From assembly GCF_009914755.1 (NCBI RefSeq), contig NC_060925.1: a DNA stretch of 64,000 nt. One strand, given 5' to 3'. Shown in pieces: positions 55,601-64,000 of the stretch. The DNA comes from the human T2T-CHM13v2.0 reference genome, Homo sapiens. The position numbers and the translations under genes were made by a program. How positions within the stretch are numbered: position 1 is the first letter of the stretch; every line of letters starts with the position of its first letter. The notes beneath the pieces are model-generated. The model ran no database searches. It worked only from the letters and a program-made list of their open reading frames with translations, and had not been told where the DNA came from.

Positions 55601-57362
55601 ACTTTTTACTTCTGTAGCCTTCTGGGACCCTGCCCTCCACAGTGGCTGTCTGGCTTGGGGAAGGATCCCCTTGACCAGAGTTTGTGTCCAGTTTCTATGC
55701 ATGGGAGTGTGTATGTGGCCACGTGTGTATCTGTTCTAGGTCTCTGTGTTTCTATCTTGGGGCATGTGTGTGTGCATGCCCACGTGCCTGCTTGCACTAC
55801 TGCACCCCTCTGGGAAGGGCTGCGAGTGTGAGCTCTGAATTTTCAAGCTGGTGCACTAACTTTCCTCGGATCTAGACCCCACATTGCTCCCTAGTCTCCC
55901 TCTTCCTTTCCCCTGTTTCTGCCTAGAGCATCAGTACTCTGGGGAGGGGGTCCAGGTAGGAGAGGCCCGGCCCTTCTCTCTTTTCCCTGCTGGGTTCAGT
56001 CCTGCCACAGGCCTGTGCAGTGTCTGACCTCTTACCTCACACTGGGTCCTGATGCTTCTTGTCCACCCTGACCCTCCTAGTCTGCCTGTTATTCTCACCC
56101 CGAGGGTAGACAGAAGGCTTTCATTGTGTCTCCCATAAGATAAGAGAGAGGGGAAGGAGGGAAAATATCATTTTTGGGCCACCTCCAGTGTGCCTATTGC
56201 TGTGCTGGGGGCTTCACACCCCTTCTGTCCTGCAACTGGGACCTCTGAAGACAGTCCTCTCTGAAAAACGACTAAGGTGGTAGCTTTCTAACGTAGACAG
56301 GGAGGTTGGAATCTGATTGTAGGCAGAGAAATCCCTCGCTGCATGCGGCCTTTTTCTCATTACTTTCCTGTTACTTCATCGCCGGCTTCCTTTGCTCTGA
56401 CCATTGGGCTCCTGTGCCAGGCTCAACGTATCAGCAGAGCCAGGCTATGCACATGCTGACTGACCTCACTGGTGACTTCTGCAGTGTCAGCAATGGGTAA
56501 TGACGCCAAGAGAGCAGATTCTCAGCCATGATAGGGGCCACACTGTAGCCCCACCCTAGGAGAGTGGCACCCTGCACCTCTATATCACCCCTGGGTTCCT
56601 TTCCATCATTCAGTCCCTGCTCTGATGCAAAGGTAGGAGGCTGTGAACTCCGAATCCAAGCCTGCTGTCTGCTAGGCCTGCGTGCTGTCCTCCTTGGCAG
56701 GTTTTGGAAATGGGGAATGACTTGAGCCAGAGCCTCCTCCCTGAATTATGGGCAATGTAGCAGGTCAGGGCTCTCTGCCTGCCCCAGTACCCAGTCTGTG
56801 CCTCTCCAAACCCTTAGCCATGTTGTGCCAGTATCCAGGGCAGGAACTACTCTGCCCCTGTTTCCTAGGACCCCAAGAGTCCAGCCTTTAGGACTCACAG
56901 CCACTCCCACTAAGAGTCCTTTCTACCCATCTGCATTTGCCTTGGTTGGCTTAAGTGATGGGGAAAAGGTTGGGGGTGGCACAGAGACCCTATTTCCTCC
57001 CCTCCAACCCCCAGGTCTCAGGAGGACTCTGGGCATCCTGCCGGCTGCTCCCCTGCCGCTGACTGAATCATTTCTATATTTGGCCAGTGAGCCACGTGGG
57101 TAGGGGAACCACTGCCACTGCGGCTGCACTTCTGACAGCTGTGGGGAGCAGGGGGAGGCAGAGGCTGGGCAGTAGGCATGTGCATTCCTTGGGAGAACTA
57201 AGGAGGTGCCATCAGAGTGAGTAAGCCTGGAGAAGGGGCATGCGCCAGCACCTCCCTCTCCTCCCCCATGTTCTAGTTCAGGTCCTGTCTCCTCTGCTCC
57301 ACCCCCTCCCCTGATGCCCTTCTCCACCCAGTTGGTACTCACAGCAGTCTCTTTTCCCACAG

Positions 57363-57761
57363 ACACACTGCCCTCCAGAAACGATGGGTGTCGCTAGATC
57401 CAGCTGGGACTCTGCCAGCCTCCGGCACTCAGTCTAAGAGAAGGGCCATCTTCCAGCCCTGCTGTCCCTGCCTGTCATGGCCACATTCGGCTGCTGTCTG
57501 CATGTCTGGGGACACAGGGCACCCAGCCCCAGCCCTGAGAAGTTAAGCCAGGCCTTCTGGCTCAGTTCCACAGGGGCACTCCAGACCCCAGGCCCCTTTC
57601 AGAGCAAAAGCAACTGATGCTATGGGAGAAGCCCCTGCCCACCTGTCCACTCGCCTGGCACTGCCCACTCTGAGACCCATGCACTGGGTTCCCCTGGAGG
57701 TGCCAACCCTGTGAGTCCCTCCCTGTCCCCTGACGCTGAGAAGGCCCTGCCAACCCCCACC
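57363..57761 (+). other. PPFIA4: PPFIA4 exon 2, 399-nt 5'UTR portion
   Basis: Acceptor tctcttttcccacAG at 57361-57362, contiguous with the ATG at 57762. Confidence 0.75.
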
Positions 57762-57995
57762 ATGTGTGAGGTGATGCCCACAATCAATGAGGGGGACCCC
57801 CTGGGTCCCCCTCATGGCGCCGATGCTGACGCCAACTTCGAGCAGCTGATGGTGAACATGCTGGACGAGCGGGAGAAGTTGCTGGAGTCTCTTCGGGAGA
57901 GTCAGGAGACCTTGGCGGCCACACAGAGCCGGCTCCAGGATGCCATACACGAGCGGGACCAGCTCCAGCGCCACCTTAACTCCGCCCTCCCCCAG
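57762..57995 (+). CDS. PPFIA4: PPFIA4 (liprin-alpha-4) first coding exon
   Basis: Kozak accATG; MCEVMPTINEGD...ANFEQLMVNMLDEREKLLESLRESQE...ERDQLQRHLNSALPQ is the liprin-alpha N-terminus; donor GTAAGG. Confidence 0.96.
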
Positions 57996-58539
57996 GTAAG
58001 GCCCGAAGGCCTGCGTCTCTCTTAACCCCTTTCCCTCCTCTAGCCCTGCTAGATCCACTGGGCCCTCAGCTCATCTGCATCTATTTGCATATCAATAATT
58101 GGAATTCACTGAGCATTTACTCTCCTTCATCTCTCTACGTGAATTCTTTCCCTGTCACTCCCATGCTCCTCAGTCTGGAAGGTGAAATGGATGGAATTTG
58201 ATGTGGGTAGAAAAACGCAGCCATAGGTGTCAGCTACAGTGAGCTCAGGCGGCCAGTAGGTGGCACCCTAGACTGGAAAGAAACCTCCTCCCTGCGTACT
58301 CCTCTCCAGTGCCCTATTCTTGGAGGTGGGTGGGGAATCACAGACAGTAGAGATGGGTGAGTTCTTAGAGATCATCTCGTCCAGCTCCGTTATTGCATAG
58401 ATCAAAAAAGCAAGAGACATCACATGGAAGATGATAGGCAGGGCTGAATCTAGCAGCCAGATGTCTCGACATCCTGTCTCACACTCAACAGCACAACCAC
58501 CAGCTGTCCTGTAGTCCCGTGTACTGTGTCCTTTCTGTG

Positions 58540-61689
<3,150 letters not shown>

Positions 61690-62147
61690 TTCTCTTCCCT
61701 CTTTCATATCCATCAGTTTCTGTTTGGACCTTAATCCACCAAACCAGAAGCAGAATTCCCCTCCATCAGTTTCTAAAGGAAAATGTCATTGAATTCCTGG
61801 AGAAATGGAAATGCCAGGTGGGAGGGAGGATGTAATCTGGTCATATTGGTGGCTGGATGGGGAAGGGTCTGCAGAGCAGACTCAGTGACTTTCTCACTCT
61901 TGTGTACAACTCTGTTCCCTTGGATTCTAACACATGGAATGCATGGAGGACCCAGAGATGTGGACCCCTCTGGAGAAGCACATGCTAGCTACAGGTTTAC
62001 TGACCTGCAGTGTGGATGGATTGGGATTTTGTGGGGGAGGTGGTGGAAGTAAGGGATGGGTGAGAGGATCCCACCACTGACTTGCATGTGCAGGACACTG
62101 CTTTGGGGGTGAATCCTGAAGCACTGAGGGGCCTTGGGGGTTTTCAG

Positions 62148-62249
62148 GAATTTGCCACCTTAACCCGGGAGCTGAGCATGTGTCGGGAGCAGCTTCTAGA
62201 GCGGGAGGAAGAGATATCAGAACTGAAAGCAGAACGGAATAACACACGG
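62148..62249 (+). CDS. PPFIA4: PPFIA4 coding exon ([34 protein letters not shown])
   Basis: ttttcAG / GTAAGT, 102 nt, liprin coiled-coil homology. Confidence 0.96.
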
Positions 62250-62624
62250 GTAAGTGGGGATGACCTTGTGTCGCGCGCGCGCACGTGTGTGTGTGTGTGT
62301 ATGGGGGTGTGTTGTGAACACCTTGACCAAGAGAGCAGGCAAGAGTGGGGCCAGGCACAGTCCTAGCTCAAGCCCCATCCTTCCCTCTTCCTGTCTCCCA
62401 TCCTGGGGTGAGAGTTACATCGTTTAACCACCAGTGCTGGGCTCTCCACCTGTAGTTGCTGGTTCACAGAAAGCTCAGGGTCCTGGGGAGAGGCCGGGGC
62501 AGTCACCTTGAGTAGTATCAGTTGGGGCAGGAGCTCTGTGCCCATTTGGAAGTATTTCAGTGTTTTCACAGTGGGGTGGCTGTAACTCATGTCTGCTCGG
62601 GGATCACATGGACCCTGCTTGTAG

Positions 62625-62936
<312 letters not shown>

Positions 62937-63129
62937 TAGGGAGCACTGGCTCCCTCCAAACATTGTCTTAACTTCAAGGTCCTCCTGTTAGGCTCCCTCC
63001 TGCAAATGTGCTGCTTAGTAGGCCCTTCACTGTCCTCATGCTCAGTGGTGGTAGACCAAGCCCAGTCTCTTCCAGCCTGACTCAAGTGGGGTCCCCCTTT
63101 CTTCCTCCATCTCCCCTTACCTCGAGCAG

Positions 63130-63204
63130 GTGCGAGAGCGGCTCCGGGCAGCGCTGGAGCGAGTCACCACCTTGGAGGAGCAGCTGGCAGGTGCCCACCA
63201 GCAG
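63130..63204 (+). CDS. PPFIA4: PPFIA4 coding exon (VRERLRAALERVTTLEEQLAGAHQQ)
   Basis: cAG / GTAATC, 75 nt. Confidence 0.94.
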
Positions 63205-63446
63205 GTAATCTGCCTGCTCACCCTCAGTCTGCAGCTCCTGGAAGTCCAGGCTGGTTCACCCCTGTGCCCTACTCTGTTTCTTGTCAGATTTCTCCCTGCC
63301 ATGGCTGGAAGCTGCTAGGCAAGGCTAGGCTGAGCACCTCTTTCTAGGAGACATTTTTTAACTAAGACAGGGGCTTTGGAAGGGTCTGGAATGTATGGGA
63401 GGTTCTCTTCTCTTTGACTCATTGCCCTGGGGCTTGTGCCCTACAG

Positions 63447-63536
63447 GTGTCTGCCCTGCAGCAGGGGGCAGGGGTGCGGGATGGAGCGGCAGAAGAGGAG
63501 GGGACTGTGGAGCTGGGGCCGAAACGCCTGTGGAAG
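63447..63536 (+). CDS. PPFIA4: PPFIA4 coding exon (VSALQQGAGVRDGAAEEEGTVELGPKRLWK); gene continues beyond window
   Basis: ctacAG / GTAGGT, 90 nt, in frame. Confidence 0.85.
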
Positions 63537-64000
63537 GTAGGTCATGGAGAGCTGTGTAGCAGGGGTCATGTGTTCCCCAAGGTGGGAGGTTGGAGGCCCG
63601 GCTCTGCCTTAGTTCAGTAGACTAACTGCTTGAATTAAATTTGAGGCTTTCTCTGATATTCCCCCTTCTCTTTTCTTCTTCTCCCTACCCCATCTGCAAT
63701 GAAATCTGTAGATTTTTATTTTAGTGCCCAACACATGCTGGGCACATCATACGCTTGTCTGCTTGAATTGTTAGGCACCATCTGCCTCATGTGGCAGCAT
63801 CAGGCAAGATTCCTTCTCTGTCTGAACCTTTGTTCCCCCAGTCACGCCCCTTTCTGGGTTACAAGAGGCTGGCATAGCAGATAAAACTAGAAACTTGTTT
63901 TCAAGAGAGACAAAGGATAGCAAGGTGTTTGGTCATTGTCAGGAGTGACCTCCTGGGGCCCAGAGGGAGGCAGTTGTAGCCAGAGGAGTGCTGTGATGTT

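Noticed and set aside
55047-55739. 230-aa ORF in PPFIA4 intron 1
   Set aside because: GTG start, no recognisable domain, GC-rich sequence where long ORFs occur by chance

Overview
Human-type (primate) genomic DNA, recognisable as the 1q32.1 interval MGAT4FP - TMEM183A - PPFIA4 (5' part). The left 25 kb is repeat-dense (Tigger1, old L1, many Alus, three solo LTRs, MER elements). It carries a three-exon, multiply disabled MGAT4-family glycosyltransferase pseudogene on the minus strand and an RPS20 processed pseudogene nested inside a MER58A. The complete 8-exon TMEM183A gene follows on the plus strand (CDS 26173-41764; exon lengths sum to 1131 nt = 376 aa). About 1.7 kb later is the CpG-island promoter and first six exons of PPFIA4 (liprin-alpha-4). 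The most unusual unexplained structure is a ~320-bp, ~90%-identical non-Alu inverted repeat that brackets only TMEM183A exon 7 (in-frame, encodes most of the single hydrophobic segment), with two hairpins beside its left arm, one enclosing a G-quadruplex motif. Other candidates: a poison exon in TMEM183A intron 5, an overlapping uORF that could switch TMEM183A between Met1 and Met18, an F-box-like motif in TMEM183A, and a candidate muscle-type alternative promoter plus a CACGTG cluster in PPFIA4 intron 1. Repeat subfamily names and identity values are by-eye estimates, not database results.
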